Assembly: GCA_050251815.1 (NCBI GenBank)
Contig: JBFWMB010000005.1
Location: forward strand, 17,787 to 81,786
Direction: 5' to 3'
Length of the DNA: 64,000 nt
Source of the DNA: Salinivirgaceae bacterium
Lineage (GTDB): Bacteria; Bacteroidota; Bacteroidia; Bacteroidales; SZUA-534
The notes beneath the pieces are model-generated. The model did no database searches. It worked only from the letters and a program-made list of their open reading frames with translations, and had not been told where the DNA came from. Made by a program: the position numbers and the translations under genes. Below are positions 48,928-58,929 of this stretch, piece by piece (within the stretch, counting starts at the first letter, position 1; every line of letters begins with the position of its first letter).

Positions 48928-50169
48928 TTATAAAGAAATAAGATTTAAGCTTTCTTCATTTTCAGGAATTGTAAGCATTACCTTATCACCTGCACTCAAT
49001 CCTTTTTCAATTATTACCCGATTTTCATTAGCCGGTCCAACTTTTACCTGCTTTTTAAGTTTGCGCAAGCCCTCGTTAATGTATACCCAGTTTATTGAGT
49101 CATCGCCAAAAACGGCATCAATTGGCAGATGGATTACCGAATCGAATTGTGCAATTAGAATGGAATTACTGGTTGTCATGGCAGGCTTTAATAAGCTATC
49201 GGTTCCGTGAATTTTAATGGTTACTTCAAAAACTTTAGCGTCGCCATTGGGTAATTGTTCCCCAATATTTGCCACACCAATCACCTCGCCCTCGAGTTTT
49301 AATTCGGGGAAGGCATCAACCCCAATATCAACGGTTTGGCCGGTAGCTACTTTACTGATATCGATTTCATTTACATACGTTTTTGAGATCATACTGCTCA
49401 TATCGGGTAACTCGGCCACTACCGGCTCCCAGGAACTTATTTGATCGCCTTCTTTTATTTTTGTTCCTCGCCAATTACGGTTGTAAATAACCATCCCCGA
49501 TTTGGGCGCCATAATCTCAAACTGGTCGAGTACTTTTATTACGGCTTCTTTTCGTCGAATGGTTTTATCGAGATTAATTTGCACCTCCTGCATTTTAGCA
49601 TTTGCCTGTGCAACTTTTATCTTATAATTTTCGAGTGCCTGCGTATAATTTCGCTCGGCTTTAGCCAGATTTATTTCTTCTTGCCTGATGGTTGCCGGGG
49701 GTTCAAACTTTGACTGTTCCAATTTTATTTTTGACTCTTCGAGAGCAAATTTCAGGTTAATGAGGTTATCGCGCAAACCTCTTAATTCGAGCGTGGTATC
49801 GAGCTTTGTATTTGTAAAACGGGTTTCGGCTACTTCAAGTTCCGATTCAATATCTTTTAACTGATCGGTAGCCTCGGTACGATCGAGTGAGGCAACCCAC
49901 TGACCTGAATCAACCACTGTTCCTTCAGCAATTAATTTCGATATTTTTACGTTCCAGATACGAATCATACGTAATCCGGAAGGACCCAGTATTTTTTCAG
50001 AGTTCTCTGCCTCAAGCTCACCGGTGGTACTTACCTCAATTCTAAATGGCCCTGATTCAGCACTTACTTCAATGGAAGCTTCTTTAACTTCGCTGCTTTT
50101 ACCAAAAACCAACATTAGAATTAAAACCCCAAGAACAACTGCTGAGGCTATATAAAGTCGTTTCTTCAC
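48928..50169 (-). CDS. Efflux periplasmic adaptor (MFP/HlyD-like)
   Basis: N-terminal anchor, lipoyl-like EGTVVD.G, coiled coil, APKSGMV, VNEIDISKV and LKPAMT motifs. Confidence 0.9.
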   Translation of the reverse strand: MKKRLYIASAVVLGVLILMLVFGKSSEVKEASIEVSAESGPFRIEVSTTGELEAENSEKILGPSGLRMIRIWNVKISKLIAEGTVVDSGQWVASLDRTEATDQLKDIESELEVAETRFTNTKLDTTLELRGLRDNLINLKFALEESKIKLEQSKFEPPATIRQEEINLAKAERNYTQALENYKIKVAQANAKMQEVQINLDKTIRRKEAVIKVLDQFEIMAPKSGMVIYNRNWRGTKIKEGDQISSWEPVVAELPDMSSMISKTYVNEIDISKVATGQTVDIGVDAFPELKLEGEVIGVANIGEQLPNGDAKVFEVTIKIHGTDSLLKPAMTTSNSILIAQFDSVIHLPIDAVFGDDSINWVYINEGLRKLKKQVKVGPANENRVIIEKGLSAGDKVMLTIPENEESLNLISL

Positions 50170-50261
50170 AATCTGATTGTTTTAAAATTTCGATTTAAGG
50201 TTCAAATATAATTATTGTTTGGGAACAGTATGGAGAAAATACCAATTCTTTAGGAAGAACC

Positions 50262-50762
50262 CTATTTATCAAGAATTATTGTATCGGTATGAATGGTATT
50301 ACTTTTATTTAAGGCCATGTCGTATTGAGTAAGGGTTAAAAAGAAATTGGTGTATTCATTTTGAACGCCAACAAACGGACCATAGTCAATAAAAATATCG
50401 GCTTTTAAAGCCTTATCGTGCCCCAAATCACCGACAAAAGGAATTTTTAACCATCTTAACGTGTCAAGGATTGAATCATCGAGCTTATACATTGTATCTT
50501 GAAAATGATAGAGTTCTATATAACAATTTCCGATGTAACCCGGTCGGAAAATGGGACCGATATCGCCGTCACCATCAATTAGGTAATAGTGAATTTTAAA
50601 ATAACGTGCTGTTCCAAGCGCATCACCTGAATCGATTACCTGTAGTTCTCTGAATTCAATATAAGGTTCTGCCGGATAATTGGTTTGTTCCAATTCACAG
50701 GACAAAACAAGTAAAAACATCAATGCAAAAAAAAGCCATTTAATCTCCTTGCTGCCAATCAT
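50262..50762 (-). CDS. Hypothetical lipoprotein (DGDGDIG motif)
   Basis: Lipobox VLSC, P.EPYIEF, IDGDGDIG and D.ALNKSNTI.T motifs. The start is uncertain. Confidence 0.7.
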   Translation of the reverse strand: MIGSKEIKWLFFALMFLLVLSCELEQTNYPAEPYIEFRELQVIDSGDALGTARYFKIHYYLIDGDGDIGPIFRPGYIGNCYIELYHFQDTMYKLDDSILDTLRWLKIPFVGDLGHDKALKADIFIDYGPFVGVQNEYTNFFLTLTQYDMALNKSNTIHTDTIILDK

Positions 50763-51123
50763 CCAATAGCCTCCGTTCTTTTTTGGTTGGACGTCCTGCT
50801 CCCCGTTCACGAAAACCTCCTAAATTTTGTCGCATCATATCCAGTTTAATTACTTCCTGTTCAGGAGTAATATCTTCCATATAATTACATACCAGCTTGG
50901 CTCCCACCCGATTTTTCAGTAACCCGGTAACCTTATAGCGAAATAGCACCGGAGGTTTTTTAACCTCAATCACATCGCCAATTTTTACTATCCGCGAGGG
51001 TTTGGCTTCGTCGCCATTTATGTACACCCTTCCTTTTTTACAGGCCTCAGTTGCCAAACTGCGGGTTTTGAAAACCCTAACTGCCCAAAGCCATTTATCG
51101 ATACGTAAATCTGAATCACTCAA
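50740..51123 (-). CDS. hslR: Ribosome-associated heat shock protein Hsp15 (S4 domain)
   Basis: RIDKWLWAVRVFKTRSLA and GAGRPTKKERR motifs. Confidence 0.93.
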   Translation of the reverse strand: MSDSDLRIDKWLWAVRVFKTRSLATEACKKGRVYINGDEAKPSRIVKIGDVIEVKKPPVLFRYKVTGLLKNRVGAKLVCNYMEDITPEQEVIKLDMMRQNLGGFRERGAGRPTKKERRLLDDWQQGD

Positions 51124-51347
51124 AATATTGCAATTTTAATTCCAGTAAGACAAAATTAGTTCGATTGGCTGGCATTAACAACTCCGTTATAAAAAATATA
51201 ATTTATGCCTAAATTATTTTTAATTTTCCAAATTTGAGACCCCCAATAATACACCAGCTGCATTATGATTGCAGGAAAACAAATGCATTCGTATAATATT
51301 TTTAGTTTTGTATAGTTATAATTGAGATTTTAGCTGTTTCCGAATTT

Positions 51348-53837
51348 ATGAGCATTATATTGAGTAAAACCAGAAACGTAAACTTACCAAAAACAACTTT
51401 TCGTAATTCTTTCCGATGGATTGCGATTATCAAAACAATATTAATCACATTATTAGTATCGACAAACATTAAAGCCCAGGAACTTAATGTAAAATATCAA
51501 ATAGGCGGGCGCGAGATACATTCAATGAGTCCGGCTGTTTTGGATACATTATTTGAAGAAGTAATTGGTCGCCTGGTTTTGGATGAAATTAATTCTGTGC
51601 TTGAATCGAGAGGACTCTACCCAAAAACCGAAGTGGAACTACTAAAGAAGGCTGCGGTTGACCAGGCTGTTTACATGGCACAAATTAATGATAATGCCGT
51701 GGAGAGAAATGAAAAAGAAAATAAATTTACCGAAGACAGAATTGCCACCTACGGAGGTTCAAAACACGGAAGGGAACTCACTGGCAAAACACTTATTGCC
51801 AAAGGAACCACTAATTATTCGTATGCTAAAATTGCCGATGATATTGTTTTTGGCTGGTTCTCGAGTTCAAAAACCAAAGCGCTTATCGAAGATTTGGCTT
51901 ACCCTATAGTTGGTGTTGGCGCCAAAACCGATGCTGATGCTAAGCGGGTTTATGTTTCTTTGGTTCTGGGTAACTACAAATCGTTCAATCAGGGAGCCGC
52001 ATTAGCCCATCAATTGCCGGTTCCTTTCAGTACAAAAACCTTTGGGCTTAAAGAACCCGAAAACGGAAATTGCAAGAAAATTCAACGCATGGACAACTTA
52101 TCGGAGTTTCAAAAAAAGCTTTCGGTTGAAAATGGCATTATTTATCTGGAAACTGACGATGAACGAACGCTACAAAAGCTCCTGAACGAGAAAAAAGACG
52201 GCCTGGCAATTGATATTATCCAAAAAGAACAATTTCCTTGCAATAAACCAAATATTATTGACCACAACAACTTAAACCAGGGTGTGCTTACCAAAAGAAT
52301 CTATTCAAAAAAACTTTTCAAAACCAATCTGGCCATAGATGATGAAAACAAGTTTGCTTTTAAAACTCCTTTGGGTAACCTCCCCGAAAATTTAAACGAT
52401 ACGTATGAATTGGGCTTGGTGGTAATTAAAAATAAAAACTACTGCACCACTTTGTTTCCAACCTTTATAATTGAACCCCAGGGTCGATTTACAAAAAACC
52501 TGGCACTATTGGCCGATACCATAACCATTAATTCAAGGTTTGCCTACCAGCCGGTTGCCGACACCCTGAAGCGTTCATTTAAAATTCCTTTCGAAAACAA
52601 AAAATACACTTATAATTCTGAAGATATTGAACCATTTCTTAAGCTTCTGAACGAACCCAAATTCACCATTCTTAATTTGAAAATAACTGCCTATTCATCG
52701 GTTGAAGGAGGAGAAAAAGAAAATCGCATGCTACAAATCAGGCGGGCAGAAAGCATCGTAACTGCACTGGAAGAAAGTCAGGACAAACCAATAAAGGCAG
52801 AAATTATTACAGGATATAACCTTAGCGATTTTATTAATGACATCGACAGTTCAGAATACCAACATCTGGCCAACAAATCCTTAACTGAAATTCAGCAATA
52901 TATTAAAGAAAAGCAATTGAACGATGCACTGGAACCTTATCTGCAAAACCATCGCTATGCTTTAATTGAACTTCAAATAGCACACAATATTCGTGGTGAA
53001 AACGAATGGCCTTTTGTATTGCATAATTTTAACAAAGCCATTAAAGAAGAAGATCGGGCCCTGGCGCTTTCCATACAAAAATTCATTATCAAACAGGTTT
53101 TAAGCCGGCGTTATGAGCCAAAAGTGTTATCGGAACTTTTAATTCCCGAAACTGAGGATTACGCCGGAATGAAAATGAACCATGTCTGGCTACAATATAC
53201 TACACAACAAATAAGCAAAGAAGCTTTTCAAATGCAAGTAAAACAGCTGTATGAGCTTGATCCGGACAACGAATACATTGCCTTTAACGATATTTACCTT
53301 GATATTACACAAAAACCAGTTAGTAATTTGGGAGAAGCCTCGCTGCTTCAAACACGCATCGATCGATTGTATTACACGCCTTTAACAAAAAAAACGGTTG
53401 ACGGATTAAACCTGAAACATCAATTCCGAATTATAAATTACATCGATTCTGTAGGAGAATCAAAGTCAATGCGTGCTAAAGCCATTGAAAAAATTAAAGA
53501 AATAACCGACATGCAAAGTGAGGGAATGGAAAATTCGATGAAATTTGCTGAACTTTACATCGAAAATCAGGATATTGAAAGCGCTTTGAAAACTCTTGAA
53601 CCGTGGGTAAGTCATCCGAAAGCTACTGAAAACCTGGTCTACGCATTCTTATCGTTGTGCAGTCAAAAGTTGGAAACCATGCATACGCCCCAATTTAATT
53701 ATGCCATGCGAAAAGCTCAGCACTTGAACCCGGAACGTTTTTGCAGCTTATTCGACGGGAAACATTTCACCTTGTTGGTTCTTGAAAACGAAGGAGTAAA
53801 ACAGCTCTACTGCAAATCGTGCAAAGCAAACCCATAG
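51348..53837 (+). CDS. Large exported protein: degenerate CAP-like + OmpA-like + helical/TPR-like regions
   Basis: L..AA.DQA.YM...RI..YGG...W..S......GVG (CAP-like); F......I.AYSSVEG....N..LQ.RRAESI (OmpA C-terminal-like); helical C-terminus. The start may lie further downstream. Confidence 0.7.
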   Translation: MSIILSKTRNVNLPKTTFRNSFRWIAIIKTILITLLVSTNIKAQELNVKYQIGGREIHSMSPAVLDTLFEEVIGRLVLDEINSVLESRGLYPKTEVELLKKAAVDQAVYMAQINDNAVERNEKENKFTEDRIATYGGSKHGRELTGKTLIAKGTTNYSYAKIADDIVFGWFSSSKTKALIEDLAYPIVGVGAKTDADAKRVYVSLVLGNYKSFNQGAALAHQLPVPFSTKTFGLKEPENGNCKKIQRMDNLSEFQKKLSVENGIIYLETDDERTLQKLLNEKKDGLAIDIIQKEQFPCNKPNIIDHNNLNQGVLTKRIYSKKLFKTNLAIDDENKFAFKTPLGNLPENLNDTYELGLVVIKNKNYCTTLFPTFIIEPQGRFTKNLALLADTITINSRFAYQPVADTLKRSFKIPFENKKYTYNSEDIEPFLKLLNEPKFTILNLKITAYSSVEGGEKENRMLQIRRAESIVTALEESQDKPIKAEIITGYNLSDFINDIDSSEYQHLANKSLTEIQQYIKEKQLNDALEPYLQNHRYALIELQIAHNIRGENEWPFVLHNFNKAIKEEDRALALSIQKFIIKQVLSRRYEPKVLSELLIPETEDYAGMKMNHVWLQYTTQQISKEAFQMQVKQLYELDPDNEYIAFNDIYLDITQKPVSNLGEASLLQTRIDRLYYTPLTKKTVDGLNLKHQFRIINYIDSVGESKSMRAKAIEKIKEITDMQSEGMENSMKFAELYIENQDIESALKTLEPWVSHPKATENLVYAFLSLCSQKLETMHTPQFNYAMRKAQHLNPERFCSLFDGKHFTLLVLENEGVKQLYCKSCKANP

Positions 53838-53857
53838 AAAGTAGTTCGATTAAGAAT

Positions 53858-54421
53858 CTACTTGTTGTTATAAAAATTCATGGTACGCTGAATACCCAGG
53901 GTAGGAAAAGCCAGAATGGCTTCGGTACACAGTTTAATGCGCTCGGGCAATTGTTTAAGTTCCTCATCACCCCAGGCTCCAAGAACATAATCGACCTGTT
54001 GACCTTTTGAAAATTCATTTCCGATACCAAAGCGTAAACGGGCATATTGGTCGGTTTCAAGCAACTCATTTATACTTTTCAACCCATTATGTCCCGCATC
54101 GCTTCCTTTAGCGCGGATTCGAATTTTGCCGAAAGGCAAAGCCAAATCATCGGTTACAACCAGTAAATTTTCAATAGGGATTTTTTCTTTCTGAAGCCAG
54201 TAATGAAGGGCCTTACCACTCAAATTCATGTAAGTGGTTGGTTTTATGAGTACTAAAATACGCCCACGGTGTTTTATTTCGGCCACCATAGCTCGACGAC
54301 CGTCTGTAAAAACAGTATTGGACGCTTCGGCTAAAGCGTCCAATACTTTGAATCCAATATTGTGACGGGTTTCGGAATATTCTTGTCCAATATTTCCTAA
54401 CCCTGCAATAAGGTATTTCAT
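53858..54421 (-). CDS. pth: Peptidyl-tRNA hydrolase
   Basis: [21 protein letters not shown] and GHNGLK motifs. Confidence 0.97.
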   Translation of the reverse strand: MKYLIAGLGNIGQEYSETRHNIGFKVLDALAEASNTVFTDGRRAMVAEIKHRGRILVLIKPTTYMNLSGKALHYWLQKEKIPIENLLVVTDDLALPFGKIRIRAKGSDAGHNGLKSINELLETDQYARLRFGIGNEFSKGQQVDYVLGAWGDEELKQLPERIKLCTEAILAFPTLGIQRTMNFYNNK

Positions 54422-54432
54422 TTGTTAGTCGA

Positions 54433-55014
54433 TTACTTAGTTCCTTCAGCTTGTTGTTTTGCTGACATAGCGCTACGAGTAAGACGAACTGTTGTTACAA
54501 CGGCATTTTTAGGATCTAATAATTCCAGGTTTTTGAAGCTTAACTCACCAACTTTAATCGATTTACCAAGCATTAACGCTGTAATATCGACATCAAGCGT
54601 ATCTGGGAAATCTTTTGGGAAGCCTTTAACACGCAGTTTACGCATTTTAAGCATCAATTTACCCCCTTGCTTCACACCTTCAGAAACTCCTGTAAGTTTA
54701 ACCGGAATCTGGATGTTCATTAATTTAGTGTCAGATATCTCAAGAAAATCAACATGCTCAATCTCATCTGTAACTGAATTGAACTGAATGTTCTGCATAG
54801 CAGCACGGAATTTTTTTCCATCAACTTCAAGGTTTACCAAATAAACATTGGGGGTATAAACCAAATCCTTGAAATCTTTAGATACCACTGAAAAATGAAT
54901 ATTCTCAGCACCACCATACAATACACAGGGAACTAATTCCTGTTTTCTTAACTCACGAGTTGATTTTTTACCAAGCTCTGTCCGTTTGTTTCCTTTTAAA
55001 TCAAAGGTTTTCAT
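54433..55014 (-). CDS. rplY: 50S ribosomal protein L25/Ctc
   Basis: GKK..RELR, VPCVLYG, HVDF and GVKQGG motifs; prs-rplY-pth synteny. Confidence 0.96.
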   Translation of the reverse strand: MKTFDLKGNKRTELGKKSTRELRKQELVPCVLYGGAENIHFSVVSKDFKDLVYTPNVYLVNLEVDGKKFRAAMQNIQFNSVTDEIEHVDFLEISDTKLMNIQIPVKLTGVSEGVKQGGKLMLKMRKLRVKGFPKDFPDTLDVDITALMLGKSIKVGELSFKNLELLDPKNAVVTTVRLTRSAMSAKQQAEGTK

Positions 55015-55028
55015 GTTCTAAAAACTTT

Positions 55029-55064
55029 ATGTGCTACCTGAGACCAAGTCCCCCATTACACGTT
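55029..55064 (-). promoter_or_regulatory. Candidate rplY leader hairpin (5S loop-E-like)
   Basis: GUGU-AAUGG-GGGAC-UUG-GUCUC-AGGUA-GCAC lies between the TATCTTTG promoter element (55087-55094) and the rplY ATG. Confidence 0.4.
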
Positions 55065-55140
55065 AGACAATTAAAATTTGCGGCTGCAAAGATATAAATT
55101 TCAATTGATTAAAAACCGTATTGTTCAAAAAAAATAAATT

Positions 55141-55175
55141 AAAAAAGCATCTTCAACTAATATCGAAAATGCTTT
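55141..55175 (-). terminator. Probable terminator after prs
   Basis: Imperfect AAAGCAT.TTC...GAA.ATGCTTT inverted repeat with a T tract on the minus strand. Confidence 0.5.
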
Positions 55176-55195
55176 ATATTCTTTGTCCGTTTTTT

Positions 55196-56134
55196 CTAGA
55201 AAATAAAGTTTGAGCTGATTGACCGCTGATTGTAAACACTTTTTATTGTATTTGCAAATAAATCGGCCACAGGCAACACGGTAATTTTATCACATTGTTT
55301 TTTTAGCGGAATGGTATCAGTAACAATCAGTTCAGTAATATCAGAACGTTCAATACGTTCGTAAGCCGGACCCGAAAGTATAGGATGTGTAGCCATAACC
55401 CGTACACTTCTGGCACCGCTGTCCATCATAATACTTGCCGCTTTGGTAATGGTTCCGGCCGTATCGACCATATCGTCAACAATAACCACATTTTTATCCA
55501 TCACATCGCCAATTACACGCATGTCGCCAATTTCGTTTGCTTTTGAGCGGCTTTTATGGCTGATAACTACTGGCGTTCCCAGATAGGTTGAATAGGCATA
55601 AGCTCTTTTGGTTCCACCCATATCGGGAGCTGCAATGGTTAAATTATCGAGATTTAGTGAGCGCAGGTAAGGCGTAAAAATTGACGATGCATACAGGTGG
55701 TCGACTGGAATATTGAAAAAACCCTGAATCTGGTCAGCATGCAAATCCATAGTCATAACCCTTGATACACCCGCAGCTTCGAGTAAATCGGCAATTAATT
55801 TAGCGCCTATTGAAACCCGGGGCTTGTCTTTTCTGTCCTGGCGGGCAAAGCCAAAATACGGAATAACGGCTACAATTTTATATGCCGAGGCCCGTTTGGC
55901 CGCATCAATCATTAATAACAATTCAAGCAAATTATCAGAAGGCTGAAACGTTGATTGAATAATAAAAACATGGGAACCGCGAACCGTTTCTTCATACAAA
56001 GGTTGGAATTCTCCATCGCTAAAACGTTGTACTGAAGTTCTGCCTAAATTTGTGCCATAACATTCGGCAATTTTCTCGGCAAGGTATTTGGTTTGCGTAC
56101 CAGAAAAAAGTTTAATTGGAGCCGTAAGAGACAT
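55196..56134 (-). CDS. prs: Ribose-phosphate pyrophosphokinase
   Basis: FSDGE, PYFGFARQDRK, DLHADQIQGFF and DDMVDTAGT motifs. Confidence 0.97.
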   Translation of the reverse strand: MSLTAPIKLFSGTQTKYLAEKIAECYGTNLGRTSVQRFSDGEFQPLYEETVRGSHVFIIQSTFQPSDNLLELLLMIDAAKRASAYKIVAVIPYFGFARQDRKDKPRVSIGAKLIADLLEAAGVSRVMTMDLHADQIQGFFNIPVDHLYASSIFTPYLRSLNLDNLTIAAPDMGGTKRAYAYSTYLGTPVVISHKSRSKANEIGDMRVIGDVMDKNVVIVDDMVDTAGTITKAASIMMDSGARSVRVMATHPILSGPAYERIERSDITELIVTDTIPLKKQCDKITVLPVADLFANTIKSVYNQRSISSNFIF

Positions 56135-56356
56135 AACGAATTGGTTTTCTGAATTTTAAGATTACTAAAACACGGCACAAAATTATAAAATAAATGAGAC
56201 ACGCCGCATTTTTTTTATCTTTTTAATAACAAGTTATTTACTGTTGTTTAACTCTAAAAACATTTTATCGCAAAAAAAATAAAAATGACGTCCACACTTC
56301 TGTCTGAATGTCAAACACTTTATGCTATTGCCAAACATTTGCAGCAAGCCATTTAC

Positions 56357-56968
56357 TTAATCAACCACCCAGGGATTTTCAGTATTGATTTGATGAATGT
56401 AACCAAGCAATTCTTCTTTGCCTAATTTGGTTTCGGACGAGGTGATAAAATATTGGGGTAATTGCTCCCAATGTTTTAACAATTCTTTTTTATAAACCGC
56501 TATATTTTTAGCCAAAGCAGTTTTCGACAATTTATCGGCTTTGGTAAAAGCCAAAGCCAATGGAACACCATTTGTTCCAAGCCATTCTAAAAATTCCAAA
56601 TCAATTTTTTGCGGCTCCAACCGGGAATCGAGCAAAACAAACACACAGTATAAATTGGTTCGCATCAGCAAATAATCCTGAATAAATTTTTGCCATTTGG
56701 TGCGCATTTTTTTCGATACTTTGGCATAACCATAGCCAGGCAAATCGACCAGATACCACTTATTATCGATAATAAAATGATTTATTAACTGGGTTTTACC
56801 GGGTTGCCCCGATACTTTAGCCAATTTGGAATGGTTGGCCAGCATGTTTATTAACGATGATTTCCCCACATTGGAACGCCCAATAAAGGCATATTCGGGC
56901 ATGTTTGCTTCCGGACACTTTTTATAATCGGTATTACTAATTACAAATTCTGCTTTTTGTATTTCCAT
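56357..56968 (-). CDS. yihA: Ribosome biogenesis GTPase YihA/YsxC
   Basis: [22 protein letters not shown] and TKADK motifs. Confidence 0.96.
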   Translation of the reverse strand: MEIQKAEFVISNTDYKKCPEANMPEYAFIGRSNVGKSSLINMLANHSKLAKVSGQPGKTQLINHFIIDNKWYLVDLPGYGYAKVSKKMRTKWQKFIQDYLLMRTNLYCVFVLLDSRLEPQKIDLEFLEWLGTNGVPLALAFTKADKLSKTALAKNIAVYKKELLKHWEQLPQYFITSSETKLGKEELLGYIHQINTENPWVVD

Positions 56969-56971
56969 AAT

Positions 56972-57658
56972 TTAAAAGGGTTCAAGCATACCAATAGTTC
57001 CTTTAAAAAGTGTATTTCTATCGATAAACCGGGGTTGTTGTAAATATTTTAGGGTTGCACCAAACATTACTTTTGCCTTAAGTTTTTCAGAAACATTCAC
57101 CTCGGCCGTGCCTCCAAGCATTTTAGCAAATAAATTTTCGGAAACCAAATCGGTAGCAATGTATGAACCTCCGGTTGCCGTTTTTAGCTTTACCGAGCGG
57201 CTTACTCCGGTTAAGCGAACAAAAGCTCCTTTATTTACATTTACTGTGGCTGAATCGGTTTTAATAAGTAAATCGAGTTCGCATCCGGTTTTTGCTTCCA
57301 GATTAAAATCCGCTGCTTCAATTTCGCCTTTATTATACACTTTGGCTCCAGCATTTACAACAACCTCGTTAATATCGGTAAAATACACTGTGGCTTGTAC
57401 TTTTATCGATGGTGGAAATTCATAAAGCAACCTTAACTCAAGAGTCGAATCTTTTACTTCGAATTTTACTTTTTCCACATCAAAAGTTCCTGATTCCAGA
57501 AGAATAGAAGCTTCGCCGGCCTTTTCGAGCCGAACTTCAATTTTACCAAATACCTTAACTTTATTAAATGCATCGAGTTTTTGAGCAACCTGAGCCTTTA
57601 CTCCAAAAATTGAAAACAATAGAAATAATAATGAGAAAAGAAGTTTCCTGGTGTCCAT
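56972..57658 (-). CDS. Secreted head-GIN (DUF2807) beta-helix protein
   Basis: Signal peptide, F..V.V.G.I.V.L and repeated short beta-strand motifs. Confidence 0.75.
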   Translation of the reverse strand: MDTRKLLFSLLFLLFSIFGVKAQVAQKLDAFNKVKVFGKIEVRLEKAGEASILLESGTFDVEKVKFEVKDSTLELRLLYEFPPSIKVQATVYFTDINEVVVNAGAKVYNKGEIEAADFNLEAKTGCELDLLIKTDSATVNVNKGAFVRLTGVSRSVKLKTATGGSYIATDLVSENLFAKMLGGTAEVNVSEKLKAKVMFGATLKYLQQPRFIDRNTLFKGTIGMLEPF

Positions 57659-57686
57659 ATGTTATTTTTTAGTTACTTACTTAAAG

Positions 57687-57715
57687 TTAAACGCATTGAC
57701 TTTAGTATTGTTTTA
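57687..57715 (-). promoter_or_regulatory. Putative ECF-sigma promoter (TAAAAC-N16-CGTTTAA)
   Basis: Same spacing and same TGCGTTTAA -10 as the motif at 45375; about 30 nt upstream of the DUF2807 gene. Confidence 0.45.
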
Positions 57716-57720
57716 AATAC

Positions 57721-58716
57721 TTATTCCATAGGCAGATAAACTTCGAGCACCCTAGTTTCAGGTGTAAGCGGCTGCAAGGTGATTTCGTCAATCAGGGCAG
57801 GAACTAAAACAGTTTCTCCTTTACTCAAACGAACCGGGGACTGGTTGGGTGAAAAATGAATATCCAAATCGCCATCAATACCCATAAAAACCACAAACGA
57901 ATCGAGCCATGCATAATTAAGTACTATTTTTTGATTCAGCTTTAATAAATTGGTGGTAAAATATTTACACGACTGAACTTCGTTTCGCTGATTATTTTCC
58001 TGACGATATAGTGTTTTGAGTTGCTCGGGTTGTTCAAAATCAATGGCCTCAATTGCCAATTCTGTATGCAACTCCCGTTGATTCCCATCGGCATCAACCC
58101 TATCCCAATCGTAAATGCGATAAGTTAAATCCGATGTTTGCTGGATTTCGGCAAATAAAATTCCGGGACCAGTAGCATGAACCCGGCCGGCCGGCATAAA
58201 AAACACATCGCCTTTATGCACTTTTTCGCGATGCAACACATCTCCAATTTTTCCGGAATTTAAAACCTGAAGATATTTCTCCTTATCGAGCTTTTGGTTA
58301 AACCCTATAATAAGTTCGGCATCATCTTCGGCATCCATAATGTACCACATTTCGGTTTTTCCAAACGAATTATGTCGTTCAAGGGCCATTTCATCGTCGG
58401 GATGCACCTGAACCGAAAGGTAATCGTTCGCATCAATAAACTTTATTAACAGCGGAAAATTTATGCCAAATTGCGCATAAACTCTATCACCAATCAAATC
58501 GCCCATATATATTTCAACCAGTTCCAGCAAATCGTTTCCGGCTAAAAAACCATTATTTACCACCGACACACTGCCATCATATGCTGACAATTCCCAGCTT
58601 TCGCCCACCTTTTCGAGCGTTCCAACATTTTTACCCAAAACCTCTTTCAGTCGCTTACCTCCCCATATTTTTTCTTTTAATACGGGTTCAAATTTTAATG
58701 GATATAATTCATTCAT
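57721..58716 (-). CDS. manA: Mannose-6-phosphate isomerase type I
   Basis: IWGG, GESWE, FPLLIKFIDA, LSVQVHP, KTEMWY and EIQQTSD.TYRIYDW motifs. Confidence 0.94.
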   Translation of the reverse strand: MNELYPLKFEPVLKEKIWGGKRLKEVLGKNVGTLEKVGESWELSAYDGSVSVVNNGFLAGNDLLELVEIYMGDLIGDRVYAQFGINFPLLIKFIDANDYLSVQVHPDDEMALERHNSFGKTEMWYIMDAEDDAELIIGFNQKLDKEKYLQVLNSGKIGDVLHREKVHKGDVFFMPAGRVHATGPGILFAEIQQTSDLTYRIYDWDRVDADGNQRELHTELAIEAIDFEQPEQLKTLYRQENNQRNEVQSCKYFTTNLLKLNQKIVLNYAWLDSFVVFMGIDGDLDIHFSPNQSPVRLSKGETVLVPALIDEITLQPLTPETRVLEVYLPME

Positions 58717-58929
58717 TCTTAATATTTTCTATAAATAGTTATACTGTATCAATGATTTTTCCGATGCAAAAATAGCAAACCCTTATCAGGCAACAATTAT
58801 TTAACGAATGAATTAATAAACTATTTCTTAAAAGTGGTAAAACTGCTTTTTTATAAAAAATGAGAACGCTAAAAGTTAAAAGTTGTATCTTGCAGCACAC
58901 AATTTATCACACAAAACCTACAAATAAAC

